Notes: a model not told the origin generated them from the letters alone. 64,000 nt of DNA from Eledone cirrhosa (GCA_964016885.1 OZ024750.1:4464001-4528000), one strand, 5' to 3'; positions 41,588 through 55,577 are shown, counted from the first letter of the stretch. Made by a program: numbers and translations.

Positions 41588-41592
<5 letters not shown>
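41218..41592. mobile_element. Hammerhead-bearing foldback element between (TA)n tracts
   Basis: 41320-41413 is inverted against 41500-41592; an extra partial unit at 41414-41446; same family as 51061-51485. Confidence 0.8.
41495..41547 (+). ncRNA. Minimal type I hammerhead ribozyme
   Basis: ATTTTGT CTGATGA GGGCGTAC-TATT-GTACCTCT GAAA TATGTA TA ATAAAAT; predicted cut after 41540; a mirror core on the minus strand at 41366-41413 has truncated stem I. Confidence 0.75.
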
Positions 41593-41641
<49 letters not shown>

Positions 41642-41730
41642 TATATATATATATGTGTGTGTCTGTATAGATTTCTATGTCTATATACATGTAAAGATGT
41701 ATATATATGGAGGAAGTTATAGTTCACTTG

Positions 41731-42543
<813 letters not shown>

Positions 42544-43580
42544 GTTATATAGATGTAGTCGTCCATACATGCATGCTTATATATGTTTGTGTGTGTGTGC
42601 ATGTGTGAGCACAAACACGCACCCATGTACACACACAATGGAAAATTTGAAATATATTCATAGGAATTCTTTCGAGTATCTCCGGGGATTTATTCTGTGA
42701 ACTAGAATAGTTTTTCTCGGAATATATCAGAAGTTGTGGAGTCTTGGTGAGATTTAATGATAGAAGGCTAAAGTCAGAGCTTGACGAATCAATAAACTAG
42801 AATCGAATATAAGTTATAATAATAATAATAATAATAATTTCATTGTACTAATTTATTTACATTATTCTTAACTCCGAAGCCAAAAAACATTCGGTTTTCT
42901 AAATAGAATATTAGTCTACGACTCCATTTATACCATAAACGTGGTTATGTCTTTGCGTGTAATTGTTCTCACGCCCCACATAACGACGTATTATCTTCGC
43001 CTTTTCCCATTGCCAGGGAACGTGTCCACGAACCAAAGTATCGTCTTCCTGTTTTCCTTCGGTTGCAACGTTTTTCGAAATATTTACTTTTGCGTTCACA
43101 GATTGACTTTTTCAGTTTCGAAAGATCCCGTTAAGGGTGAAAGCAGCGATTCTTTGCTTAAACTTTAATCTGTTATTTTAATAAATAAATATATACATAT
43201 ATATAATGTTGAATTTGTGTATATTTATACGTTTACGTTCAGCAATAATGTGTGAGCGAATTCAGTTGCAAAATAGATATGTTTTAAAAGGACCGGAAGT
43301 TGTTTACAAAATGACACCAAACGGAAATGTCATCCATATTCTTTTTAAAACACTTGAAAACTGAAAAGGCGGAAGCATAAAGCAATCCCTGCAGATGTCG
43401 CGAAATTGTTTGCATTTCACAGTGTTTAACTTAAAGATAAGTTGCTAGCATGTGGAACTGATTGAATTTTAAATGGAGAAAACATCGCCACTAGACTCTG
43501 GTTTAACATATGACTCAACAAACACTGCAATAATGTTATTAGATGTAAGCAGATATAATAACAGTAGTCTTAACAGCAGT

Positions 43581-43866
43581 GGAGGCACGTGGCCTAGTGG
43601 TAAGTGTGCTGGACATACGATCATAATGTCGTGGGTTCGATTCCTGGCTTGCGTGTTGTGTTCTTGAGCAAAACACTTCATTTCACGTTGCTCCAGTATA
43701 CTCAGCTGAAAATGAGTACCAGCAATAGCTGGGGGTTTAACCCTGCGAGGGACTGGCGTCATTTCCAGGTGAGGGTCTTGTACTCTCAGTCGCTTCACGC
43801 CATGAAACCGGGATAAGCACCGACCAAATGAGCCTTAAATGGCTTAAGACAGACTTTAGACTTTAG
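43581..43866 (+). mobile_element. SINE family 2, full length
   Basis: Box A TGGCCTAGTGG, box B GGTTCGATTCC, TTGTGTTCTTGAGCAAAACACTT core, AACCCTGCGAGGGACTGGCGTC block, (AGACTTT)2 tail. Confidence 0.85.
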
Positions 43867-43941
43867 TCATAAAAACAAAGATAAACCCCACCCCCACCCA
43901 CCAAAACAAAACAAAGAAAGCATCAATATAAACACTTACTA

Positions 43942-44620
43942 ATAATTGTTTCTACTTTAGGCTCAAGGCCAGAAATTTGAAGAGGAGGGGTAAGTCGATT
44001 AAATCGAACTCCAGTGCATTACTGGTACTTTATTTTATCGACCTCGTATGGATGAAAAGCAAAGTTAACTTCGGCGGGATTTGAACTCAAAACATAAAGG
44101 GACGTAACTCTATGGCACGAGGCAGGCTGCCCAACGCTCCACCAACTACCACCAATCCATCGCCCATTTCTAATAATAATTGTTTCTACTTTTGGCACAA
44201 GGCCAGCAATTACCCCAGTGTATTACTGGTACTTTATTTTATCGACCCCGTAAGGATGAAAAGGAAAGCAAACATCGACGGGATTTGAACTCAGAACATA
44301 AAGGGCTGTAACTCTATGCCGCCAAGCAGGTTGTCCGATGCTCCATCAATTACTGCTAATCCACCGCCAATTTCTATTAATAATTGTTTCTACTTTAGGC
44401 ACAAAGCCAGCAATTTACCCAGTGCATTACTGGTACTTTATTTTATCGACCCCGTAAGGATGAAAGGCAAAGTTAACCTTGGCGGGATTTGAACTCAGAA
44501 TGGCAAGGGACGTAACTATGCTGGAAAGCATGGCGTCCGACCCTCTACCGATACTGCCAATCCACCGCCCTAACATGGCGTCCGACCCTCTACCGATACT
44601 GCCAATCCACCAATTTCTAT
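43942..44620 (-). mobile_element. Tandem array of three SINE family 1 copies plus a partial head duplication
   Basis: Units ~43942-44165, 44175-44368 and 44380-44570; head repeat 44574-44612. Confidence 0.88.
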
Positions 44621-44977
44621 TAATAATAGTCGTTAAAACTTATAACTAGACATGTTTGAAACTGAACGATGTAAAAACCACAACAGACTTCATAATTTCT
44701 AATTCAGAATCACATGCTGTTGTCATCTAGGTGGTATTGATTGTTGCGCAACAACACCTTTGCAGCACGGCTATTTCTGCATTGCAGTAGCAGTCACATG
44801 AAAGAGATAAAAAATAGATGAATGGTTTTGTGTTTTCAAGACCTTCGTACACATACATGCCACATATGATATCAACATCGGACATTTAACGTAGCTATTT
44901 TTAAAATGTCTCCATTTTTTTTCTATTTATTTTATATGATATACACACACACGCTCACAAACCCACCCACACACACA

Positions 44978-44979
44978 TA

Positions 44980-45013
<34 letters not shown>

Positions 45014-45266
45014 TATGTGTATATATATATATATATATATATGCATATATATATATATATATATATGCATATATATATATATATATATATATGCATATAT
45101 ATATATATATATATATACATATACATGCATATATATATACATATATATATATGCATATATATATATATGCATATATATATATATGCATATACATATATAT
45201 GCATATATATATGCATATATACATATATGCATATATATATATGCATATATATATATGCATATACAT

Positions 45267-45300
<34 letters not shown>

Positions 45301-45397
45301 GCATATATATATACATATATATATATGAATATATATATATATATGCATATATACATATATATACATATATACATATATATATGCATATATATATATA
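44978..45397. repeat. (TA)n with periodic TGCA/TACA interruptions
   Basis: Direct inspection. Confidence 0.92.
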
Positions 45398-46464
45398 TGG
45401 GGTGATAGGGAAAGAGTCTGGGAGAGAAAGAGAGAGATAGTTAGACAGACACATATATATGTAGTAGTAGTAGTAGTGGTGGTGGTTGTGGTAGTAGTAG
45501 TAAAGTTATACTAGTAAATTCGTTTATTTCCCAAGTACATGAACGGCGAAAGGGAGATCAAATGGTTTCTACCAGTGATTAAAAGTGGTTTCACGTTGTG
45601 ATCTGTCGGGAGGGTTTCCCTCTCTTTTGGGTGTTCAACCTTATTAAACAATTCATTATTTCACTCTAACACATACATAGGAACAGACTGGAACCTATTC
45701 CTCTTTTACATTTACTTTTGTTTCTCGGAAGATGCCATAGTAACTGCTTTTCCTTTCAATTTTGCCAAGACATAGTTTATTTTCTCATTACCTTCCAGCG
45801 ACTTTCTAAGGATTAAAACAACTTTTCTCGGCTTACATTCTATCTAGTGGCCAGTTATCAATTTATTTAACAGTAATACCACGGGTTATACAATAATTAA
45901 GTCATGTAGTGTATATATGGTTGGTTGAATAAAGATATTTGCCTATCGGCCGAAAATTCTAATGGGTTTGGCACTTTGCCATTATGAAACTATGAAAGTG
46001 AAATAGTGATGACTTCTTTTGACGGAAAGGGTAGAGGCTGTTTTGTTTATGACTGCAGTAAATGGGAGAAATTCCAGGGGGAATCATTTTGATCGCTTGC
46101 AAAGAAGTTTATTAAGTTAAATACTGGAAAATCAAATCTAATTATGAAGAAAGTCTTATAAATTTGTTCGTGAGTAATTCAAGAATGAACAAAATGGAAA
46201 CTTTTATTTATTTCTAATCCGGAATTTCTTTTCTTTTATTATAGGTTCCCCATGACATCTAGCTCCTTTGGTCCCTTATAGTGACAGGTTTATACAGTTT
46301 TACAGCATTTTAGGGTCCATAATAGAGTCCATCTTGTGGTTTAAGCTCTAATAAAATTCAAGCAAGAACTATAACATATTATACCGTTTATTGATTGTAA
46401 AGATGGTTTATATCTTCTACCAAATCTTCCCATTTCTCTATTTACTTCATCAGAAAGATCCTTT

Positions 46465-46795
46465 CAAGAGTATTTATTGCCCAACGGTCTAAATGAAAAC
46501 ATCACTGTAGAAATTCTATCTGAAATTCCATGTGGATTCAGAAGGTATTTTGTCTCCGATACATCCCAGGGGAATGGGGAGAGTAAACAAAGTCTTCTGT
46601 GCGATCTTCGTTGATTTCACGAAAGGATTCGACACTGTGAATCCACTGAGCCTATGATAGGTACTCAAAGGTTCCCACGTATGACAGAATTCGGAGGCTC
46701 AGATCGCATAAATGAGCTCTTGTCTGCTCAGTTTGATGTTACAGTTTATCAAGAAGAGTTACGTACTTGAACTAACGTTATCTGTTTATTTTCGT
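46465..46795 (+). mobile_element. Decayed RTE-clade LINE reverse transcriptase fragment
   Basis: ITVEILSEIPCGFR (46501-46542, cf. ILPESQCGFR), FCAIFVDFTKGFDTVN (46595-46642, cf. FVDLTKAFDTV), then a remnant resembling F.V..GVKQGCVLAPTLF; contains stops and deletions. Confidence 0.75.
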
Positions 46796-47642
46796 CAGCT
46801 ATTTAATGGTTAAAGGTTATTGCCAACACAATATTTACTCAAAATCTGTTATGTATAAAAGAAAAAGCATCAACCTCGTGAGATTTGAACTCAAAATGTA
46901 AAAGGACGGAAGCAAATATTATAAAGTATTTAGTGCAACATTTTCACTTACTCTACAGCTAATTAAAAAAAATGAATATAAGTATTTAAAGCTGCTTTTT
47001 AATTTTTTCTTGCACTGTATGGACATAATACTTTCTGGTATAAAATCACCAGAAAATTAACTGTTCATAAAACAGCTATGAATCAAATCTTACATGTTTA
47101 TTAGACAGAAACTCTAAGAATACACAAATGTTAACAAACATAGTTGTTTGCTAAGCTGAAGCTTGCAAATGAATAGCATATTGTTATGGCTGTCCAGAAC
47201 GAAGAACGTGTAACATACTAATTTGCACAAGCATTTTATCCTTATCTTTAAGTCTATAAATATGATATGTTTATTTTTCATATCTATGTAATGTTTTTAA
47301 CACTGCAATACAAATTATTAATCAAGTCATTATCAGTCTTTTTACAATGTTCATGGCATCAGTACCGTTGTTAGATAAGTTGATTGTCTTACAGAGTTAT
47401 GTATACTAAATACGGCAACTGTATGCTATATAAAATAATACATTAATACATAGACTAGTCAATGAAAAGATGCTACTATGAAGAGAGATAAAATAATGTG
47501 CAATTGTATTTCATAATACTATGTCAAAAAGATACGGGTTGTGGCAAATACCAGCCCTGTTACTGAAGAAGAAGGTGGATATGTATGATGTAGACATACT
47601 AAATAAAAGGGGAAGAAAAATGACTATTTCAAAGGGTCTTTG

Positions 47643-47713
47643 GACGGCTATTTCTGGAGTCCAGAAATAGCCGTCGAAACGGCTTGAGCTCTGCCGTCGG
47701 GGTCATACTTTTT

Positions 47714-47716
<3 letters not shown>
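47643..47716 (+). mobile_element. Family B element with a 16-bp 5' foldback, ending in (TA)n
   Basis: GACGGCTATTTCTGGA-G-TCCAGAAATAGCCGTC GAAACGGCTTGAGCTCTGCCGTCGGGGTCATAC. Confidence 0.7.
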
Positions 47717-47757
<41 letters not shown>

Positions 47758-47775
47758 GTGTGTGTGTGTGTGAAG

Positions 47776-47840
<65 letters not shown>

Positions 47841-49204
47841 AACATATAAAGATGAAAAGATTTGTGTATAAGAGAGAAATAGAGCAAAAGAATGCAAGCA
47901 AGGAATAGTTTAAGACAGAGATTGAAGGAGGAAAGCAATGTAGTGAATTTGGCGTCACAAAATTACATTTCTGTCTTTACATTTTCTTCAACTGTTTGCC
48001 TGCTCACACTCATTTGAAAATTCAGTCTTTCTACATATCTTTTCCCGAACCGATCCCTTTCAGCCCCAAGGGGAGCTCAAAGTCAAGAAGTTTTCCTTTA
48101 TTGGTTATATTAGGATAGAAATGTTTGTCTGTGGCAAATTTTATTAAAATTCTTTGAAACACACACACAGTCTCACTTATTATATTAATACAGAGATATA
48201 GAGAGACAAACTCAGATTTTTTAATACATTTATCTACACTTGCATATAAGAAACATTACATAACGTAGCATATAAATTATTTTGACTCTATATAGGATTA
48301 TATATTTACTCTGGCTCAAAAAAACAATCTTGGTTTAAACCCCCTAGAGAGAGAATGTATATTGGTAGGGTGTGTTAGATGTTCTCGTACTTTTATCGTC
48401 AAACCTATATTACCGAATGACTAATTGTGAAATTCTGCATTTAAGTATTAATTTCTACTAAAGTTCTTGCCTGCTCCTAAGCGCACCGTAGCAGAATAAT
48501 ACATATTTAGGTTAAAATTGTGATCCGTTGGGTGTCCTAAATCCAAAATTAATTTAGAATAAGTATAAAAATACATCCTAATATAGAATTAATATACAGA
48601 TACATTCGGCATGTTATAATGCTATGACAAATAATATATTAGTACGAAAGAAATAACAACAAAATAAAGATTACCAGGTAAATAACTTTTTCCTTACCTT
48701 CATCTTACAGTCCATTTTGCATTGTTTAGCCTTATATTACTTTCCACATTATATATTATATACAATGCTTCAAGCAAACTACATTTTATTAAAAATAAAT
48801 AAATTAGGGGAAAATATGTCTATGTACCTTTAAGGCCTCTGTCAGTCAGGGTTCATCATGTATCAGTTTGGACTGACTATTTTTTTATATGGAAGATCCA
48901 CTTTTGCTTATACAACAAGTCTTCTTGGGTCACGACTCTAATATTGTCTAAAGGAACAACTGGAGTCTTAATAGTTTGTTACTAATCTTATTGTGGCTGA
49001 ACTGAGAACATAAAGAACTGGAACAAATGCAGCAAAATATTTTGTCCAATTCTCTAACAATTCGGTGAATTCCCAACCTTATGTGTGTGTGTGTGTGTGT
49101 GAAAGCTCACACCTATGCAGGTTTAGCTGGCCTCCTCCAAGGTATATCACGTTTGAGGTATCTTGGGTGATTTAAAGATAGGGATCCCAGTCCTATCATC
49201 TCAT

Positions 49205-49335
49205 TTCTACAGCTGGAGCAACGTGAAATAAAGTGTCTTGCTCAAAGAAACAACACATCGCCCGGTCCGAGAATTGAACTCAAAAACTTTCGATTGCAAG
49301 CCCAATGCTCTAACCACTAAACCATGCGCCTTCAC
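49205..49335 (-). mobile_element. tRNA-derived SINE head and core (family 2-related)
   Basis: Minus strand GAAGGCGCATGGTTTAGTGGTTAGAGC...GAGTTCAATTC...TTGAGCAAGACACTTTATTTCACGTTGCTCCAG. Confidence 0.7.
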
Positions 49336-49527
49336 CAACCTTATGTATGTATGGATGGATGTTCTTCTGGTTTTATAATTTTATAAATTTTTACCAATAA
49401 AGAGAGAATCGGTTTCTAACATAGATGCATGCATGTATGTATGTATGTATGTATGTATGTATGTATGTATGTATGTATGTATGTATGTATGTATGTATGT
49501 ATGTATGTATGTATGTATGTATGTATG

Positions 49528-50132
49528 TCAGGTCACCAGTGGTGCTACTGGTAACATGTATCCCAGTACAACCTGACTCATGGTCGGGTCGTTGGCGACT
49601 AAACTGGCAACCCCACCAAGGTTTCTTGGTGAGGAGGGTGACTTTGGACATCCTGCAGGAATAAAAACAAAACCTGTCAAAGGGCAAAGGAGCTCTTAAG
49701 AGTCAATGGCCATCAAAATCACCGGGAGAGATGACCCCTTAGCCTTTGTCAAGGCAGAATTCTAGGGGAAGGAAAACTCTGATATAACACCTGCAACCCT
49801 GATGGTATCCAATGATGTTGACTTGTTCTTCTTTTTGGTAAATATCATCTTGGTTAAGAGAGTGGGACTGGCTTTGTGCAGTGCCTTTGCTCACTATAAA
49901 AGTTTCACAGCACAGGCATTGTTTTATATCTGGAGATCTCTCTGCACTTGTCGTCACATGGCACCATGGGCCCAGCACTATGTGTCAATAATTGTCACAA
50001 GTGTAGTGTTTGTACCAGAGTTTTCAAGTCGCTGGCTGGACTAAAAGGTCACACTCGTTCAGCGCATCGGTAGGGGTTCTCCTACATGGATATAAAGTAG
50101 TGGCCGTACTCGAAAACGAGTTGGCAGCCACC
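49528..50132. mobile_element. GC-richer insertion between (ATGT)n and (AGGT)n; probable LINE (RTE-like) 5'-UTR material
   Basis: CTAGGGGAAGGAAAACTCTGATATAACACC at ~49762-49790 resembles a motif recalled from RTE-type 5' regions; sharp microsatellite boundaries. Confidence 0.35.
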
Positions 50133-50273
50133 ATGTATGTAGGTAGGTAGGTAGGTAGGTAGGTAGGTAGGTAGGTAGGTAGGTAGGTAGGTAGGTAGGT
50201 ATGTGTGTATGTATGTATGTGTTTGTGTGTGTATGTATGTATCTACGTGTCTATGTATGTATTAACGAACGTA

Positions 50274-50304
<31 letters not shown>

Positions 50305-50321
50305 GCGTGTGTGTACCTATG

Positions 50322-50352
<31 letters not shown>

Positions 50353-50723
50353 ATTAGTAAATATTTAAGTTTTTCTAATTATAAACTATACATTATACAA
50401 AGCAGGAGAAAATCTGACCTCAGGTGACATATTTCCTTATAGTTGTCTTCATGCTGGGTCTAAGGTCGTAGACATTGTCTTAAATCATAACCAGATGATC
50501 AACGAGACAGGTCAACATCGATAACATTGATTTGCTGTCCAGATTTCAAACATCACTAGATGTCTTTAGATGTAATTAAAGCTTTGTTTTGCTAACTCCC
50601 AAGACGGCTATAATGAAGGGTGTAGCGTTTTTAGTGGACGGATGCTATTACAGATATGATTTCCATTCTTGTACTTCTTACTGCGTATGATGCAGTCATT
50701 TATACATACATGCATACATACAA

Positions 50724-50795
<72 letters not shown>

Positions 50796-50862
50796 ACAGA
50801 GGGGGAGGAAGGTAAAGACCAGACTACGACGCCAGACGGTGTGTATATATATATATATCAGA

Positions 50863-51003
50863 TAGGGTGTGGTAAAAAACCAGGTGGACCATAACCCACC
50901 AGAGTACTCAATACTTGGGGTAGTGGAGTGGGTAATATGAAAAGATTCGAACTCGGATCTAGCTGTCGAAACGGCCGGAGCTCAGCCGTCGGGGTCCCGA
51001 ATC

Positions 51004-51008
<5 letters not shown>
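50863..51008. mobile_element. Family B element, two pieces head-to-head in (TA)n
   Basis: Body as 7478-7560, then the inverted piece GGATCTAGCTGTCGAAACGGCCGGAGCTCAGCCGTCGGGGTCC. Confidence 0.72.
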
Positions 51009-51065
<57 letters not shown>

Positions 51066-51195
51066 AAAGTTAAACAAGGTTCAATGAATAAATCAAAGAA
51101 TGAGTTTTAGAATAGATTGGAAGCACTCAACAGAGTTATTAATATTAATATTAATTCAAAATATTAACAAAAATAGAATTTCTTGTGATCAAGTA

Positions 51196-51262
51196 TATTT
51201 TATTATACATATTTCAGAGGTACTGAGTTAACTTCAACAGTACGTCCTCATCAGATAAAATA
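51196..51262 (-). ncRNA. Minimal type I hammerhead ribozyme (mirror copy)
   Basis: Reverse complement of 51380-51446. Confidence 0.77.
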
Positions 51263-51379
51263 AGATGATGCATGACATACCCTGACATAGTAGATAGTTA
51301 AGATTCAGTCATCGTTCAGTCATTCTACCATGACTGAATCTTAACCATCTACTATGTCAGGGTATGTCATGCATCATCT

Positions 51380-51446
51380 TATTTTATCTGATGAGGACGT
51401 ACTGTTGAAGTTAACTCAGTACCTCTGAAATATGTATAATAAAATA
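51380..51446 (+). ncRNA. Minimal type I hammerhead ribozyme
   Basis: TATTTTAT CTGATGA GGACGTACTG-TTGAAGTTAACT-CAGTACCTCT GAAA TATGTA TA ATAAAATA; perfect 8-bp stem I; predicted cut after 51438. Confidence 0.8.
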
Positions 51447-51485
51447 TACTTGATCACAAGAATATCTATTTTGTTAATATTTTGG

Positions 51486-51559
<74 letters not shown>

Positions 51560-51601
51560 TCATCATCATCATCATCAGATGTAATTATGAGCTTTGTGTC
51601 G

Positions 51602-51633
<32 letters not shown>

Positions 51634-51832
51634 CGAAACTGGACGTGTTAACTTCTGTGTATATAAATAATTGTGTACTTCATAAGAATGTCTACAAATG
51701 GGTAACAGTAAACAATGGCAATTTATAAATTGTGCAAGACGTCTACTGGCGATCTTCAATAATTTATTTGTACACAAATTACTTACGTATACATAGACAA
51801 GAAACTATACATCCTAGGCATAGGTGTTTAAA

Positions 51833-52134
<302 letters not shown>

Positions 52135-52173
52135 TAATATATATAAAACTAAATATATATATGTATAAGATAT

Positions 52174-52237
<64 letters not shown>

Positions 52238-52309
52238 AGTGAAATAACAGGAGGCCAAATATGTTGAATTTTTTTAATTTTTTATTTCTCCAAACACTGC
52301 ACATTTCAA

Positions 52310-52595
52310 GATATATATCTTCCGCAATCTTTCCCCCGTGTCTTGGAGACATTGGAACGGGTTTAGGGCACTGCCTGTGCCTACCAGGCAATAGGAGTCC
52401 ATTCTACAACAAACATTTCAACCAGGACACCAACATGAAGATATATATTAGGCAAGTATGAAATTTGTAGAAAAAAACCCCAACAAATTTCTACAAATTT
52501 CATAGTTGACGACCCAATATATATATTTCCGCAATCTTTTCCCATGTCTTGGAGACAGTGGAACGGGTTTAGGGCACTGCCTATCCCTACCAGAC
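52310..52595. repeat. ~75-bp direct duplication enclosing a 17-bp-arm inverted repeat
   Basis: TTCCGCAATCTTT...GGGCACTGCCT.T.CCTACCAG occurs twice; TATGAAATTTGTAGAAA/TTTCTACAAATTTCATA lies between the copies. Confidence 0.75.
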
Positions 52596-52905
52596 TAAAC
52601 AGTAAAACAAAACAATAATTTTAAAAAAAAGGTTGTCAATGTCTCCGAGAAATACATGACGTAATCACATCTCATCTGCCCCACAAGTGTTTCGGAATCA
52701 TCATTTTATTTTCTATATTAGTATATATATATATTTTAATGTCTTGCAGGTGCGTGAAAAATATTTGACCGGATTTTCTTGTTGTTGTTGTTGTAGTAGT
52801 AGTAGTAGTAGTAGTAGTTCTTCTTCTTCTTCTTCTTCTTCCAAGCATCTTTCGGCGTCAAGACATCATTAACTGCTTCACTCTTATCACTAAAACACTT
52901 GACAA

Positions 52906-52965
<60 letters not shown>

Positions 52966-54158
52966 CATTTGATAGTCACTCAGACATCATTTCATTTTAA
53001 TTAGCTGCTCATTTAATGTCTATTAAATCAGACACAGTTCTTAGTTCTTATTAGGTGAGAGACAGCCCCTTTAATTATATAACTGCACCAAACATTTGCA
53101 CTGTTGCACTACAAGACACTGCGCACAACTATTTAGGACTGCTTATATTATATGACGATGTATTGTTTTTTAGGGCAACAGTGGTAGTAGCATAGCAAAG
53201 GTTTATCTTTGATCAAATGTAAAGTTTCTCGCTTAAACACATGAAAATAGAAAGAGAGGCTTCAAAGACATTTTACATGTGAAATTCATTCTAAAATAAA
53301 CATACATCAACCAATTAATAAACTGACTTAGACGATTCTTCATATATTCAAGCTGGCAGTTACACACATACATATATACATACATACACACACACACACA
53401 GACAAATATATACACACACATATATATACACACACATACACACATACATACACACTCACACACATACATACATACATATATACATACCCACACACACACA
53501 CAAACATACACCATACCACCAACACTCACTCACTCTCTCTCTCTCTCTCTCTCTCACACATACTAAATATATATACATATATACACGACGCACACGCATA
53601 TACATAAAATATATATTTCTGAATATATATACAAAGGCTTATAGATATCTGTGTGTGTGTGCATAGATACACGCATGCATTTAAGTATGTATATATATGT
53701 ATGTATATATGCATGTATATATATATGTATGTATATATGCATGTATATATATATATATATGTATGTACGTATGTATGTATGTACGTATATATGTATGAAT
53801 ACATGTATGTATATATGTATGTATGTATGATTCTTCTGGCCATTATTATTTGCAAAAATTCAAAAGCAACATCAATCGTTATTTTTTCTCTCTTTGAATC
53901 ATATTCTCTTTGTCTTCCATATTTCCCTTCTCAGCAACTCCCTGCATTTTAGTGGCTTTATCGCTCTGCTTGAAGTTAATAAATCTAAAAAAAAAAATGA
54001 ATTCTCCCTGTAAAAAGGGAACTAATTTCAAACAAAGAAACAAACCTCCATCGCAAGAGATTTGATACACAAAAATGTTGAGTGTCATATTTCAAGCTTT
54101 ATAAAAGTCTTGATTATTTTTACTTGTCCACTTACAGATTATATTTATTATCTGTGTA

Positions 54159-54343
54159 GGTGGATTGGCAGTATCGGTAGAGGGTCGGACGCCATGCTTT
54201 TCAGCATAGTTACGTCCCTTTACGATCTGAGTTCAAATCCCGCCGAGGTTGACTTTGCCTTTCATCCTTACGGGGTCGATAAAATAAAGTACCAGTAATG
54301 CACTGGTGAATTGCTGGCCTTGTGCCTAAAGTAGAAACAATTA
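54159..54343 (+). mobile_element. SINE family 1, full length
   Basis: Head, box B, core, short tail. Confidence 0.9.
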
Positions 54344-54874
54344 TCTGTGTAATAGCTGATCAATTTCTTTGCCTGAAAAATAACTTTTCAGATTTTAATT
54401 TAGACGTTAACTAACGTAGCCAGGTCCACCATAATTACTGGTATAAAGGTAGATTTATAATCTAGGTGTAGAAGCTAAAGGTTTCAATGCAGTTGTCCAA
54501 AATTATCGTCGAGTTTGGAAGAAATGTTTATATCTATCTGCGAGGTCGATAACCTCTATGCCAGCACATCTCAAACATATCAGCCCGGCTATGTTTTCAT
54601 CTAGAAAAAGTTTTCATGGGTATGTTCCATTAATATTCCTTATGGTGATGTATATATGTATATGTGTATACATATACATATATAGAGAGGGAGAATAAGG
54701 AAATACAAGGTTTAGATGATAAAATCCTTTATTGATAAGGCCTTATTCTAAAAATACTCCGTCACTCCTATGTGGAAGGTGCACGTCGAGTTCTCGAATT
54801 GAATTACATTAATATTTTACCGTATACACACACACACATACACATACACACACACACATATATATATATATATA

Positions 54875-55193
54875 TCTTTAGGTTTGTTGGTTCACCACAG
54901 GATAGAATTGGTCATTCCGTATGGTCAATCCTGGTGTAATATTGTGGAGAGTACTCCTGGTGATATCACCGGATTCATATGGAACCCGGTCTGCTGACAA
55001 ATTGTTCACAGTTGAAAAATGGTTTAATTAGGAATAAAAGAGTATTAGTAATTGTATGGGTTAGTATTCAGTTGTGATTTTAAGTTTTTAACCACAACTG
55101 AATACTAACCCATACAATTACTAATACTCTTTTATTCCTAATTAAACCATTTTTCAACTGTGAACAATTTGTCAGCATTTTCTATTCCGTTTA

Positions 55194-55197
<4 letters not shown>
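54875..55197. mobile_element. 85-bp-arm perfect foldback element between (TA)n tracts
   Basis: 54992-55076 is the reverse complement of 55093-55177. Confidence 0.75.
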
Positions 55198-55247
<50 letters not shown>

Positions 55248-55248
<1 letters not shown>

Positions 55249-55408
55249 CGGAGGAGGTGTGGTAAGGAACCAGATGGACCATAACGCACCAGAGTACTCA
55301 ATACTTAGGGTAGTAGAGTGGGTAATAGGAAAATGTCTGACCCCGACGGCAGAGCTCAAGCTGTTTTGACGGCTTGAGCTCTGCCGTCGGGGTCAAACAT
55401 TTTCCCAT
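55248..55408. mobile_element. Family B foldback element in (TA)n
   Basis: Arms ~55328-55364/55369-55405; body nearly identical to 8801-8920. Confidence 0.8.
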
Positions 55409-55514
55409 ATATATATATATATATATTTATTTATTTATTTATTAAAATAGATTAAAGTTTAAGCAACGAATCGCTGCTTTCACCCTTGACGGGATCTTCT
55501 GAAACATGTATATA

Positions 55515-55577
<63 letters not shown>

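Larger units (their letters stand above)
51061..51485. mobile_element. Hammerhead-bearing foldback element, ~155-bp arms, in (TA)n
   Basis: 51157-51312 vs 51330-51485, 17-nt spacer; left extension homologous to 41218-41290. Confidence 0.85.

Noticed and set aside
43581-43645. tRNA gene
   Set aside because: Box A/B are present but there is no complete cloverleaf and it continues into a SINE body; the same holds for the other SINE heads.
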